From NCBI GenBank assembly GCA_047172325.1, contig JBCQWG010000004.1, positions 7,118 to 71,117 on the forward strand: a stretch of 64,000 nt of DNA, read 5' to 3'. Of the stretch, positions 10,302-19,977 are shown piece by piece; within the stretch, counting starts at the first letter, position 1, and the number at the start of each line of letters is the position of its first letter. The position numbers were made by a program, and so were the translations under genes. A model generated the notes under the pieces. It did not search any database. It was given only the letters and a program-made list of their open reading frames with translations, and was not told the DNA's origin. The DNA is from Rikenellaceae bacterium. Lineage in GTDB: Bacteria; Bacteroidota; Bacteroidia; Bacteroidales; Rikenellaceae.

Positions 10302-11438
10302 TTATTCAGAAATACGGCGTGCGCCATCGTTAATTACAACTGGGATGATCTCAGGCTCAATACCATATTCAGCCTTGAACTTCTCTATAGCAATTGCAAT
10401 GAAATTATCATAAAGCTCATCTTTCACTAGGTTGATGGTACATCCACCGAAGCCACCACCCATGATACGAGAACCTGTTACGCCACACTCACGTGCGATG
10501 TCAACCAAAAAATCAATCTCAACGCAACTTACCTCATAATCACGAGATAGACCTACGTGTGTTGCATAGATATCTTTTCCTGCACGCTCCATATCACCAG
10601 CCTCAAGAGCCTCGCAAACATCAAGTACGCGTTGCTCCTCGCCAATAACGAATGTAGCACGCATGTAATCCTCCTCAGAAACCTGATCTTTAACAGCCTC
10701 TAAATCAGCGAATGATGCACCACGCAATGATGGACGACCAAGTGTTGCCGCTACTCTCTCGCAGCTCTCACGACGTTTGTTATATGGAGAGTCAACAAGC
10801 TCATGCTTAACCTTAGAGTTAACAAGAACCAATTTATATCCTTTAGCATCGAATGGGAAGTAAGCATACTCCATAGAGCGACAATCAAGGCGGATGAGGT
10901 GATCTTTCTTACCAAAGATAGATGCGAACTGATCCATGATACCACACTTAACACCAATATAGTTGTGCTCAGTTGCTTGACCGATACGAGCTAGCTCCAT
11001 CTTGTCAATTGCGTTATCATTGAAAAGATCATTAATAGCAAAGCCAAATACAGACTCCAAAGCAGCTGAAGAGGAGAGACCAGCACCAGCAGGAACACTA
11101 CCAGAGAATGCCGTATCGAAGCCCTCAACTTTACCATCACGCTTAATCACCTCGCAGCATACGCCGTAGATGTAACGCAACCATCCTTGCTCTGGAAGCT
11201 CTGCTTGACCAATTTCAAACTCTGCATAATCATCAAAGTCGATAGCGTAAGCTCTAACTTTATTTGTTCCGCTTGGCTTAATCTCAGCAATGATTCCTTG
11301 CTCAATAGCACCGGGGAATACAAATCCCTCATTATAGTCTGTGTGCTCGCCAATTAGATTGATACGACCTGATGCCGCGTAAACTGTACCTTCGCTCTCG
11401 AAACGAGAAACAAAGGCCTCATGAACTCTGTTTTGCAT
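10302..11438 (-). CDS. galK: Galactokinase
   Basis: GRINLIGEHTDYN, PAGAGLSSSA, CGIMDQ, RIMGGGFGG. Promoter TATCTTTG at 11484-11491. Confidence 0.96.
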   Translation of the reverse strand: MQNRVHEAFVSRFESEGTVYAASGRINLIGEHTDYNEGFVFPGAIEQGIIAEIKPSGTNKVRAYAIDFDDYAEFEIGQAELPEQGWLRYIYGVCCEVIKRDGKVEGFDTAFSGSVPAGAGLSSSAALESVFGFAINDLFNDNAIDKMELARIGQATEHNYIGVKCGIMDQFASIFGKKDHLIRLDCRSMEYAYFPFDAKGYKLVLVNSKVKHELVDSPYNKRRESCERVAATLGRPSLRGASFADLEAVKDQVSEEDYMRATFVIGEEQRVLDVCEALEAGDMERAGKDIYATHVGLSRDYEVSCVEIDFLVDIARECGVTGSRIMGGGFGGCTINLVKDELYDNFIAIAIEKFKAEYGIEPEIIPVVINDGARRISE

Positions 11439-11552
11439 TAGATTTAGGTTTTATTTGATTATTAGTTTTCGTTTTGTTTAACACAAAGATAATAAATAAA
11501 ACTATAATCAGAAACAAATTTTGAAAAAAAGTGCAATTCTAGCCTCTTTTTT

Positions 11553-12155
11553 CTATATCGTTGCAAAAAATGTCACTAGAAGAGGGACCGTTATCTCCAT
11601 TACAAGCCCATGAAAAATAGATATAACAACATACTCTTTACCTGAAAATCTTGTTATTATGGGTAGCAAAGTGTCTATTGAGGCCGCCCCCGCTGATGAA
11701 ATAACTGACAAGCGCCCAAAATAACGCACCATAAGTGGCGCTGCGAGAATTGTAGCGATCTCACGAATCACGTTCGACAGCAGAGCTATTGTACCAATTT
11801 CGGCACCACTATACTCCGAGAGGAGGATACTAGAGAGTGAGTAGTATGCAAATCCACTTGCAACGGCAAGCGTATCACTTAAAGCTAACGAACGCACCAA
11901 TGGATAGACTACAATAGCCCCCAGAAGAGATCCCAGCACCGTTCCCAATGGCAAAAGTATAACTCGCTTATCTTGGGATCGTAATGCCTTAAGCGACCCC
12001 TTATCGCAACCGATACCCATTCCCACGATAAGCATCATCGCATAAAGGATGTAGCGAGTGACATCTCCTGTAACAGCTTGCGCGAGTGCATCGAAGTTAA
12101 GACCCAAGAGGAGCCCTACCGCAAAAAACGAAACAATTATAATGCTTCCCTTCAT
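11553..12155 (-). CDS. LysO-family lysine exporter (large subunit)
   Basis: Multi-TM protein; GFAYYSLS, NVIRE, GAASIDTLLP motifs. Confidence 0.85.
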   Translation of the reverse strand: MKGSIIIVSFFAVGLLLGLNFDALAQAVTGDVTRYILYAMMLIVGMGIGCDKGSLKALRSQDKRVILLPLGTVLGSLLGAIVVYPLVRSLALSDTLAVASGFAYYSLSSILLSEYSGAEIGTIALLSNVIREIATILAAPLMVRYFGRLSVISSAGAASIDTLLPIITRFSGKEYVVISIFHGLVMEITVPLLVTFFATI

Positions 12156-12430
12156 AACTTAACTCCTCCTTTAAAAGCCCACCTATATATTATATAAGCA
12201 AAACACAAACTCCCTAACACTGCCCCAAAGGTGATAATAAATGCTTGCAAGCCAATCGTAGAGAGATTATTCACGATATCCTCATTTCCTCCCACCGCAA
12301 TACCCATAACAAGCAAGAGAAGATATATTATACCATTGAGCAACTTGGAGAGTACGATCGAAGCTCTTGGCACACGAATCTGAGCACCGATTAACACACC
12401 TAAAATAATGATTCCTAATACTATAAACAT
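12152..12430 (-). CDS. LysO-family transporter, small N-terminal-domain protein
   Basis: 3-TM, LLLVMGIAVGGN; overlaps the partner gene by 4 nt. Confidence 0.78.
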   Translation of the reverse strand: MFIVLGIIILGVLIGAQIRVPRASIVLSKLLNGIIYLLLLVMGIAVGGNEDIVNNLSTIGLQAFIITFGAVLGSLCFAYIIYRWAFKGGVKL

Positions 12431-12446
12431 AAGTTATAACATTTAA

Positions 12447-12480
12447 AAAAAGCTCGCCCCATTTCTGAGAGCGAGCTTTT
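12447..12480 (-). terminator. Intrinsic terminator of typA
   Basis: AAAAGCTCGC...GCGAGCTTTT inverted repeat with A/T tracts on both sides. Confidence 0.75.
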
Positions 12481-12499
12481 GATATACTATTTATATCTG

Positions 12500-14302
12500 C
12501 TACTTAGCAGCACGCTTGCGATCATTCTCATTGAGCAGGATCTTACGAAGGCGCATTGAGTGTGGAGTAAGCTCTACATATTCATCCTCTTGGATATACT
12601 CCAATGCCTCCTCCAGAGAGAAAACTTTTGGGGGTGCGATAGATGATTTATCATCATTTCCAGAGGCACGCATATTAGTCAACTGCTTCGACTTGGTTAC
12701 ATTCACCGTGATGTCATTGCTTCGCGAGTGCTCACCAATAACCTGTCCGCAGTATACTTCATCCATTGGGTGAATAAAGAACTTACCACGATCTTGAAGC
12801 TTGTCGATAGAGTAAGCGAAGGCTGTGCCAGTCTCACCAGAGATGATTGAACCATTGCTACGCATCTCAATATCACCAACCCAAGGCTCAAATCCTGTTA
12901 GGCGGTGTGTCATAATAGCCTCTCCAGCAGTTGCGGTAAGCATATTCGAGCGAAGGCCAATGATACCACGAGATGGAATTGTAAACTCCATACGTGTACG
13001 CTCATCACTTGTCATCATATTAGTTAGGGTTCCTTTACGGCGTGTAACAAGGTCTATCACCGTACCGGAACACTCCTCTGGACAATCTACAGTTAACTCC
13101 TCGATAGGCTCGCAACGCTTGCCATCAATCTCTTTGATGATAACTTGTGGTTGACCAACTTGCAACTCATAACCTTCACGACGCATTGTCTCAATCAAAA
13201 CCGAAAGATGAAGCACACCGCGACCAAAAACTAAGAAGCTATCTGCCGTAGCACCCGGCTGCACTCTAAGTGCGAGATTCTTCTCTAGCTCTTTATCCAA
13301 ACGATCTTTAATGTGACGTGACGTGACGAACTTACCATCCTTACCAAAGAATGGAGAGTTATTGATTGTAAAGAGCATAGACATAGTAGGCTCATCCACA
13401 GCGATTGGAGGTAGTGGCTCTGGATTCTCAAAGTCGCAAATAGTATCACCAATCTCAAAACCCTCAATACCAACTACGGCACAGATCTCACCACAGTTAA
13501 CCACATCAACCTTCTTCTTGCCTAGACCCTCAAAGATCATAAGCTCTTTAATCTTGCACTTAACCATCTTTTCGCCATCACGCTTCGCTAGAGTCACACT
13601 TTGACCAGCCTTAAGCGAGCCACGAGTAACCTTGCCAATAGCTATACGACCAATAAATGATGAAAACTCAAGAGATGTAACTAGCATCTGAGGGGTACCC
13701 TCTGCCACCTCTGGTTCAGGAATCTCATCAATGATAGCATCTAAAAGCGGAGCTATTGAGTTTGTTGGTTCATTCCACTTATGTGACATCCAGCCCTGCT
13801 TGGCTGAACCATAAATTGTTTTATACTCTAGCTGCTCTTCGGTTGCTTCGAGAGTGAACATAAGGTCAAAAACTTGCTCGTTAACTACATCTGGACGACA
13901 GTTTGGCTTATCTACCTTATTTACTACAACAATAGGCTTCTTTCCTAAAGCTAACGCCTTTTGCAACACAAAACGAGTCTGCGGCATAGTTCCCTCAAAG
14001 GCATCTACAAGAAGCAATACACCATCACACATATTGAGAACGCGCTCAACCTCTCCACCAAAGTCAGCGTGACCGGGGGTGTCGATGATATTAATCTTAT
14101 AGTCCTTATATATTACTGATACGTTCTTCGAAAGAATTGTGATTCCTCTCTCTCTCTCCAAATCGTTGTTGTCAAGTATAAGCTCGCCTTGAGGCTGAGC
14201 ATTCTCTCTGAGGATTTGTCCCTCAAGAATCATCTTATCCACGAGTGTTGTCTTACCGTGGTCTACGTGAGCGATGATTGCAATGTTGCGTAATTTTTGC
14301 AT
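12500..14302 (-). CDS. typA: Translational GTPase TypA/BipA
   Basis: RNIAIIAHVDHGKTT, ERERGITI, DTPGHADF, GRGVLHL, KQLTNMRA. Start moved to ATG 14302 because a TACCTTTG promoter element lies at 14331-14338. Confidence 0.96.
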   Translation of the reverse strand: MQKLRNIAIIAHVDHGKTTLVDKMILEGQILRENAQPQGELILDNNDLERERGITILSKNVSVIYKDYKINIIDTPGHADFGGEVERVLNMCDGVLLLVDAFEGTMPQTRFVLQKALALGKKPIVVVNKVDKPNCRPDVVNEQVFDLMFTLEATEEQLEYKTIYGSAKQGWMSHKWNEPTNSIAPLLDAIIDEIPEPEVAEGTPQMLVTSLEFSSFIGRIAIGKVTRGSLKAGQSVTLAKRDGEKMVKCKIKELMIFEGLGKKKVDVVNCGEICAVVGIEGFEIGDTICDFENPEPLPPIAVDEPTMSMLFTINNSPFFGKDGKFVTSRHIKDRLDKELEKNLALRVQPGATADSFLVFGRGVLHLSVLIETMRREGYELQVGQPQVIIKEIDGKRCEPIEELTVDCPEECSGTVIDLVTRRKGTLTNMMTSDERTRMEFTIPSRGIIGLRSNMLTATAGEAIMTHRLTGFEPWVGDIEMRSNGSIISGETGTAFAYSIDKLQDRGKFFIHPMDEVYCGQVIGEHSRSNDITVNVTKSKQLTNMRASGNDDKSSIAPPKVFSLEEALEYIQEDEYVELTPHSMRLRKILLNENDRKRAAK

Positions 14303-14379
14303 CAGATCTTTTTTATCTATAAATTTGCGACAAAGGTAATCAAAATGTGTCAAAAATACTATTAATAACTCATTAAGGT

Positions 14380-14626
14380 TAGGGCAAACGTATGAAAAAA
14401 GTTTCTCATGCCTCCGGCGGGCGGTGATAGATGTATAATATTAAGCGTTGCAAATTCATTTGCATAAACTTAATGTTATGCATCTATCGTAGGGCAAAGC
14501 CCCATCACATCAGCGCAACACAAGAGTCAAAAACGATAGTTTTTGGATCCAAGCTATGCTTGGCGGCCGCCCGCTGTTAGGGCATAAGCAAGTAGTGTAG
14601 ACTCTATTTTTCATGCGTTTGCCCTA
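14380..14626 (+). mobile_element. MITE-like structured element, copy 1 (internally deleted, 247 bp)
   Basis: 20-bp terminal inverted repeats TAGGGCAAACG(T/C)ATGAAAAA. Colinear with 53546-53988 apart from a ~196-bp internal deletion. No ORF. Confidence 0.8.
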
Positions 14627-14667
14627 AAAATATTAATAGCTCATTTCATAAATTAACTTTTTTGTTG

Positions 14668-14675
14668 TAACTTTG
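14668..14675 (+). promoter_or_regulatory. Bacteroidota -7 promoter element
   Basis: TAACTTTG, 16 nt upstream of the exonuclease start. Confidence 0.55.
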
Positions 14676-14691
14676 TGCATAATATTTAAAC

Positions 14692-15291
14692 ATGCCAGAG
14701 AAGATAATACAAGCTAAAATAAGCAACGAAGATAGCGCTAAACTGCCACCCCTCACCTTTGAGGGCGAGATAGTAATTATTGATAAAGAGGAGCAGATAG
14801 AGGCTGCCTGCAATGATATTGCTCGCTACCCTATCATTGGATTTGACACCGAGACTCGACCATCATTCAAAGCTGGAGTAAGTTACAAAGTAGCACTACT
14901 ACAGCTCTCAACACCTATTAAGTGTTACCTATTTAGACTCAACAAGATACCTCTAAGTAGATCCATTTTATCACTCTTAGAACGCAAAGATATCATCAAG
15001 TTAGGGGCTGATGTCTTGGGAGATCTACGCTCACTACGCCAGCTGCGAAACTTCAAAGAGAATGGCTTCATCGACCTTCAAAAGATCATCGAAGATTATG
15101 GAATTGAGGAGAAGAGTCTTCGCAAGATGTCCGCGCTGGTCTTAGGTTACCGCATCTCAAAAGCTCAGCGACTCAGCAACTGGGAGGCCACGACATTCAC
15201 TCCACAACAGCAGATATATGCTGCAACGGATGCATGGGCATGCATCGAGATTTACAACAGATTACAAAAAATGCAAAAGATAACTAAATAA
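14692..15291 (+). CDS. 3'-5' exonuclease (DEDDy, WRN/RNase D-like)
   Basis: IGFDTE, LLQL, SNW, YAATDA. Confidence 0.9.
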   Translation: MPEKIIQAKISNEDSAKLPPLTFEGEIVIIDKEEQIEAACNDIARYPIIGFDTETRPSFKAGVSYKVALLQLSTPIKCYLFRLNKIPLSRSILSLLERKDIIKLGADVLGDLRSLRQLRNFKENGFIDLQKIIEDYGIEEKSLRKMSALVLGYRISKAQRLSNWEATTFTPQQQIYAATDAWACIEIYNRLQKMQKITK

Positions 15292-16484
15292 TGAGACCAC
15301 AACTATTTTTAAAACGCGGCAAAGAGGAGTCTCTTCTCCGCCGACACCCATGGATCTTTTCAGGAGCTATAGATAAGGTAGATTCCAAAGAGGAGCTTGT
15401 AGAGGGTGAGATCGTGGACATTCGTACAAAAGGTGGCGAGTTCATTGCCTCTGGGCACTATCAAATAGGCTCTATAGCTGTGAGAATCATCACCTTTGAG
15501 CAAGAAGAAATCAACCAAGAGTGGTGGAACTCAAAGATTGCAATAGCTTACAAGGTGCGTCAAGCTCTACAACTCACCGACGAGGAGCAGACAACATGCT
15601 ACCGTTTAATCCATGGCGAGGGTGATTCTCTGCCCGGTTTAGTGGTAGATATCTATGATCGCACCGCTGTTGTTCAGTGTCACTCCGTAGGTATGTATCA
15701 CTCACGTTTAAAGATTGCCGAGGCAATTAAAGTGTGTTATGGAGATAAAATTGAATCAATATATGACAAGAGCTCTCAGACTGTTCCATACAATGCAAAT
15801 CTAGGTGCTGTCGATGGTTACCTATGGGGGCACACACCCTCGTCAGAGAGCGTCGTACTTGAAAATGGTCATAAATTCATGGTAAATTGGGAGAAGGGAC
15901 AGAAGACAGGCTTCTTCCTCGATCAGCGCTTCAACCGCTTCCTAGTGGGCCACTACTCGAAGGGGCGCACCGTGCTAAACACCTTCTGCTATACGGGAGG
16001 CTTCTCGGTGTATGCCATGGCGGGTGGCGCCAAGGAGGTTTGCTCAGTTGACTCATCTGAGCGCGCAGTAGCTCTAGCTAAAGAGAATATGGAGCTGAAT
16101 TTCGGTAAAGATGTAAACCACTCCACATTAGCTGTTGACGCTATAGAGTATCTCAAAAATATTGGAAATAAATATGATCTAATAATCCTCGACCCTCCAG
16201 CATTTGCCAAGCACCATAAAGTATTGGGCAACGCCATGCAGGGCTACAAGCGTCTCAACGCGCGTGCGCTATCTCAAATCAAGAGCGGAGGAATCCTCTT
16301 CACATTCTCCTGCTCACAGGCGGTTTCGAAGGATCTCTTCCGAACAACAATCTTCTCGGCTGCGGCAATTGCGGGACGTAAGGTTAGGATACTACACCAA
16401 TTAACCCAACCTGCCGACCACCCTATTAATATATATCACCCAGAGGGCGAATACCTTAAGGGGTTGGTTTTATATGTAGAATAA
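15291..16484 (+). CDS. rlmI: RlmI-like SAM-dependent 23S rRNA m5C methyltransferase
   Basis: HPWIFSG PUA domain, GQKTGFFLDQR, FCYTGGFS, LDPPAF, TFSCS, YLKG. Confidence 0.88.
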   Translation: MRPQLFLKRGKEESLLRRHPWIFSGAIDKVDSKEELVEGEIVDIRTKGGEFIASGHYQIGSIAVRIITFEQEEINQEWWNSKIAIAYKVRQALQLTDEEQTTCYRLIHGEGDSLPGLVVDIYDRTAVVQCHSVGMYHSRLKIAEAIKVCYGDKIESIYDKSSQTVPYNANLGAVDGYLWGHTPSSESVVLENGHKFMVNWEKGQKTGFFLDQRFNRFLVGHYSKGRTVLNTFCYTGGFSVYAMAGGAKEVCSVDSSERAVALAKENMELNFGKDVNHSTLAVDAIEYLKNIGNKYDLIILDPPAFAKHHKVLGNAMQGYKRLNARALSQIKSGGILFTFSCSQAVSKDLFRTTIFSAAAIAGRKVRILHQLTQPADHPINIYHPEGEYLKGLVLYVE

Positions 16485-16525
16485 AATAATTATTGCTGTC
16501 TCTATGGACAGCAATAATTATTTTA
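16482..16525. terminator. Bidirectional terminator between convergent rlmI and the corrinoid cassette
   Basis: Perfect 19-bp inverted repeat TAAAATAATTATTGCTGTC / GACAGCAATAATTATTTTA. Confidence 0.8.
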
Positions 16526-16533
16526 CAATGTAA

Positions 16534-17544
16534 CTATTTGTAGCTCTCCTGCTCCTTAGCTGTATTTATAAATGCTAAGATATTTTCAAGGCTTGTATCG
16601 CTCTCGACAGAGTGTGATGGCGAGAAGATATAACCACCATCAGCTCCAATTTCCAAAAGGTGTTTTGACTCTCTGATAACATCCTCAACTGTGCCAAATG
16701 GAAGGGTCTTTTGCATGGATAGACCACCATGGAAAGCTAAGCGACCTCTATATTTTGGTAGGATCTCATCGAGGTCCATCACCTCTGGCTGGAATGGGTT
16801 AAAGCTATTGAGGCCTGCATCAATCAGATCATCGAAGAGCTCATCTACATCACCACAGCTATGTATCATGACATATTTTCCATTATCTCTCACATGCTTG
16901 TACATACGTTGGATGCGGGGATATAGGAACTCTTTCCATAAGTCGTAGCCCATGATGAGACCTCGCTGCTGGCCCCAGTCATCTCCAAAGTAGACTGCAT
17001 CAATATCATGCTCCAGAGCTTTATCAATTTGAGCTATATTGTAATCACATATTTTATCCAAAAGTTGGTGAACAAAATCTGGATTTATATAGAAATCCAT
17101 CAAAAGATTCTCCATACCGCGCATGGTCCAAGCTCTCTCGTAGAGCGAGAAACCAATCTGGAAAACTCTAAACATATCTGGCTTTAGAGCTATCTCACTC
17201 TCAATATTCGCAAAGAAACGTGGGTCGTGAGGATTGGGGAAGGTATACCCCTCAAGTGTAGGTTCAGGGAAGACGATACCCTTTGCATCACCTATATCCT
17301 TATCAATGCTTCTATCCCAAACTACACCGAACACATCTTGATATAGATCTGGACCTACGCAATCAAAGAAACCAATATCGCTTCCTAGCTGCAAAACATG
17401 ATTATCAAGAGGAATATCGAGATCTTCCACTCCGTAATACTCTTGAAGGACTTTTTTTGGTTCCTCAGTAAATTTATAAGACCAAGGCACGTATGGTGGC
17501 TTCCCGCCATCCAAAACAACTTTTATTATCTCTCTCTTTGTCAT
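16534..17544 (-). CDS. Uroporphyrinogen decarboxylase-like (URO-D/MtaA/CmuA superfamily) methyltransferase
   Basis: [32 protein letters not shown]. Confidence 0.82.
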   Translation of the reverse strand: MTKREIIKVVLDGGKPPYVPWSYKFTEEPKKVLQEYYGVEDLDIPLDNHVLQLGSDIGFFDCVGPDLYQDVFGVVWDRSIDKDIGDAKGIVFPEPTLEGYTFPNPHDPRFFANIESEIALKPDMFRVFQIGFSLYERAWTMRGMENLLMDFYINPDFVHQLLDKICDYNIAQIDKALEHDIDAVYFGDDWGQQRGLIMGYDLWKEFLYPRIQRMYKHVRDNGKYVMIHSCGDVDELFDDLIDAGLNSFNPFQPEVMDLDEILPKYRGRLAFHGGLSMQKTLPFGTVEDVIRESKHLLEIGADGGYIFSPSHSVESDTSLENILAFINTAKEQESYK

Positions 17545-17550
17545 AATAAT

Positions 17551-18537
17551 TTATTTTATTTGTGAGTAAAATGCTATAATATTCTCTTCTGGTAGATCTG
17601 GAGGGGTGTCGCAACCTGTAGAGATCACAAAATTTTTATGCTCTCCACAACTATCAAGTAGATCCCGTGTTGCTTGTGCCACCTCCTGTGGGGTTGCCAA
17701 CTTAAAGATAGAGACAGGATCCAAATTTCCCATAACGATAACATCCTCTGGCACCTGAGCAAAAACCCCCTTTAGATCAATCTTATTACCAAAATGGAGG
17801 GCTTTAGCTCCTGTAACAACCATTGATTCAGTGCAATGACCTGTATTGCCACAGTTATGAAGGACAATCATAAAATCCTCGCTTTGAAGCTCATCGACGA
17901 TCTCCTTTATATATTTAGATGAATATGTCGTAGCATCCTCATTTGATAGAAGACCGGCAGCTGGCTCAGCTATAATAACTCCTGCAACACCGCTTCGCTT
18001 TATCTCTGCTATATACTTTTTGATGAATGCCGTGCACTTCTCCAACAACATGGTGGCAGTCTCAGGCTCTGTATATATAGCCATCATTATCTCTGTCATA
18101 TCGTAGAGCCTACCCGCTAATGAGTATGGTCCAATGCAACCTGCGAACGATGGTTTATCGCTAATTGTCTCTGCAACGATTCTATTTGCCTTAATATACT
18201 CTGGAACACGTCCCGCTGAAAGCTCTGGAACGACCAATGCCTCAACTTGCTCACGACTACTAACCAAACGACCAATTACATTTGGCACATCATCTTCGGT
18301 AAATTCTATCTGCGCGCCAAAGGCCTCTGCCTCAACCGTGAGATCCATAATTACCGTTGGTGCTGCCGATGGATATTTTTTATCTAATGCTATTATTGCA
18401 TCTGCATGTACCTGACCATCTTTAACTGCATCAATCACCTTTTTGCCGATCATCTCAATGCCGGGATGAGTCATGATGGGTATTGCTGGAATTTTAGGGG
18501 AGGCTAAGATATCCTCCGCCCACTTATTCATATTCAT
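17551..18537 (-). CDS. MtaA/MtbA-like methylcobamide methyltransferase (URO-D superfamily)
   Basis: MDLTVEAEAFG, GPYSLA, Zn ligands HNCG and STGCD, MGNLDP. Start moved to ATG 18537 to remove the overlap with the upstream gene. Confidence 0.85.
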   Translation of the reverse strand: MNMNKWAEDILASPKIPAIPIMTHPGIEMIGKKVIDAVKDGQVHADAIIALDKKYPSAAPTVIMDLTVEAEAFGAQIEFTEDDVPNVIGRLVSSREQVEALVVPELSAGRVPEYIKANRIVAETISDKPSFAGCIGPYSLAGRLYDMTEIMMAIYTEPETATMLLEKCTAFIKKYIAEIKRSGVAGVIIAEPAAGLLSNEDATTYSSKYIKEIVDELQSEDFMIVLHNCGNTGHCTESMVVTGAKALHFGNKIDLKGVFAQVPEDVIVMGNLDPVSIFKLATPQEVAQATRDLLDSCGEHKNFVISTGCDTPPDLPEENIIAFYSQIK

Positions 18538-18556
18538 AATAGATTCATTTTTCGTT

Positions 18557-19192
18557 TTATACTCTCTTCTTATAACAATCACTCTTCGTACAGATCTCGC
18601 ACCCATAGGGAGCTTTAACCACTCGTGGGCCAATTACCATAAGAGCACTTACAGATTTTATAGGCAGCATCAAGCAAGAGTCATTCAACACTACGCCACA
18701 AGGTATCTCCGGTTGAAAATAGGCAAATAGCTTACGCTGCTCCTTCAGCAACCATCCACAATATCCCGGACTATAGGAGTTGCTCATCTTCTCTCCCTCC
18801 TCTAAGATCCCCTCGATATACTCTGCCGCCTTTCGTATTGTCGCCTCAGCCATCTCACTGGCGATAGCGTCTGCCACGAAAGCCTTTACGATATCTGTTT
18901 TTTGATACTCATGTAAGAGATCATCGACCTCTTGGCCAATTGTTGCAACTACAACTACATAGCGGTCGGCATCCTTAAGGCAATCTCTTATGATCTTACC
19001 ATAGGTAAAATCGACACTCTCGGTGAAGTGGTAGGCAAATCGAGCTTGAATGCATCCTCTCAACTCTGCCATCATATCATCAATAAGAGTGCGAGTAACC
19101 TCGTCGGGTTCGCTATTGACAATGCCCATTGTTCGAAGGATCTCCTCACGAGAGGGTGTTAGAGCTGAGACATCAACCTTAACCTCATTCAT
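18557..19192 (-). CDS. Stand-alone B12-dependent methionine synthase activation-domain-like protein
   Basis: ATIG, DAIASEMAE, SPGYCGW, MLPIKSVS, C-terminal CEICTKSDC. Confidence 0.8.
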   Translation of the reverse strand: MNEVKVDVSALTPSREEILRTMGIVNSEPDEVTRTLIDDMMAELRGCIQARFAYHFTESVDFTYGKIIRDCLKDADRYVVVVATIGQEVDDLLHEYQKTDIVKAFVADAIASEMAEATIRKAAEYIEGILEEGEKMSNSYSPGYCGWLLKEQRKLFAYFQPEIPCGVVLNDSCLMLPIKSVSALMVIGPRVVKAPYGCEICTKSDCYKKRV

Positions 19193-19196
19193 ACCA

Positions 19197-19820
19197 TTAA
19201 CACATTAACGACTTTGCCAATGTCACAGCTGCATTTGCATTCTCTGAATATCCATGCGCACCAATACTTTGAGCAAAATTATTATTAAGAGGTGCTCCAC
19301 CAACCATGATTTTAACATCTAAACCAGCCTCTTTCACACTCTTTACAATCTCCTCCATGTAGGTCATAGTGGTAGTTAGAAGGGCTGATAGACAGATAAT
19401 ATTGGCATTTTCCACTTTTGCGCTCTCAATAAATTTCTCAGCAGAGACATCGACACCCAAATTGACAACATCAAAGCCGCAACCTTCAAGCATCGAAGCA
19501 ACCAGATTCTTTCCTATATCGTGCAAGTCACCCTTAACGGTACCAATCACAATTTTACCTAAAGATGTTGAATCACCACTCTTCAACAATGGTTTTACAA
19601 TATCCAAAGAGCCTTTCATCGCTCTAGCGCTCAAAAGAAGGTTTGGCACAAAGGCCTTTCCATCCTCAAAACGAGCTCCAATCTCCTCCATTCCCTTAAT
19701 CATATATTCATTGATTAACTGATTTGGATCAACTCCTGCTGCAATAGCTTCATTGGTTACAGCTACCGCATCCTCTAATTTCCCAGCTACGATAGATTCG
19801 TAAAGTTTATTAAGTTCCAT
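19197..19820 (-). CDS. Corrinoid (cobalamin-binding) protein, MtaC/MttC-like
   Basis: Cap domain plus B12-binding motif GDLHDIGKN, SALLTTT, VGGA. Start moved to ATG 19820 (promoter TAATTTTG at 19854-19861). Confidence 0.93.
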   Translation of the reverse strand: MELNKLYESIVAGKLEDAVAVTNEAIAAGVDPNQLINEYMIKGMEEIGARFEDGKAFVPNLLLSARAMKGSLDIVKPLLKSGDSTSLGKIVIGTVKGDLHDIGKNLVASMLEGCGFDVVNLGVDVSAEKFIESAKVENANIICLSALLTTTMTYMEEIVKSVKEAGLDVKIMVGGAPLNNNFAQSIGAHGYSENANAAVTLAKSLMC

Positions 19821-19880
19821 AGTGTTAATTTTAATAAGTTTAATTTTATAATGCAAAATTAATAAGGTTTACATCTATTA

Positions 19881-19921
19881 TATTTCTTGTAATTTGCATT
19901 TTATTTCTGTATATTTGCATT
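19881..19921. promoter_or_regulatory. Putative AraC-family tandem operator between divergent promoters
   Basis: Direct repeats TATTTCT-N4-ATTTGCATT at 19881-19900 and 19902-19921 (21-bp period). The second overlaps the +strand -7 element TATATTTG (19910-19917). Confidence 0.55.
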
Positions 19922-19977
19922 AACAACTATTTGAGCCAATATTAAGCATGGTGTAATTAATAACAATTACTATAATT

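Noticed and set aside
11553-12430. Split LysO as a frameshifted pseudogene
   Set aside because: Clean ATGA start/stop overlap, and the two-gene form is, from recall, normal in Bacteroidota.
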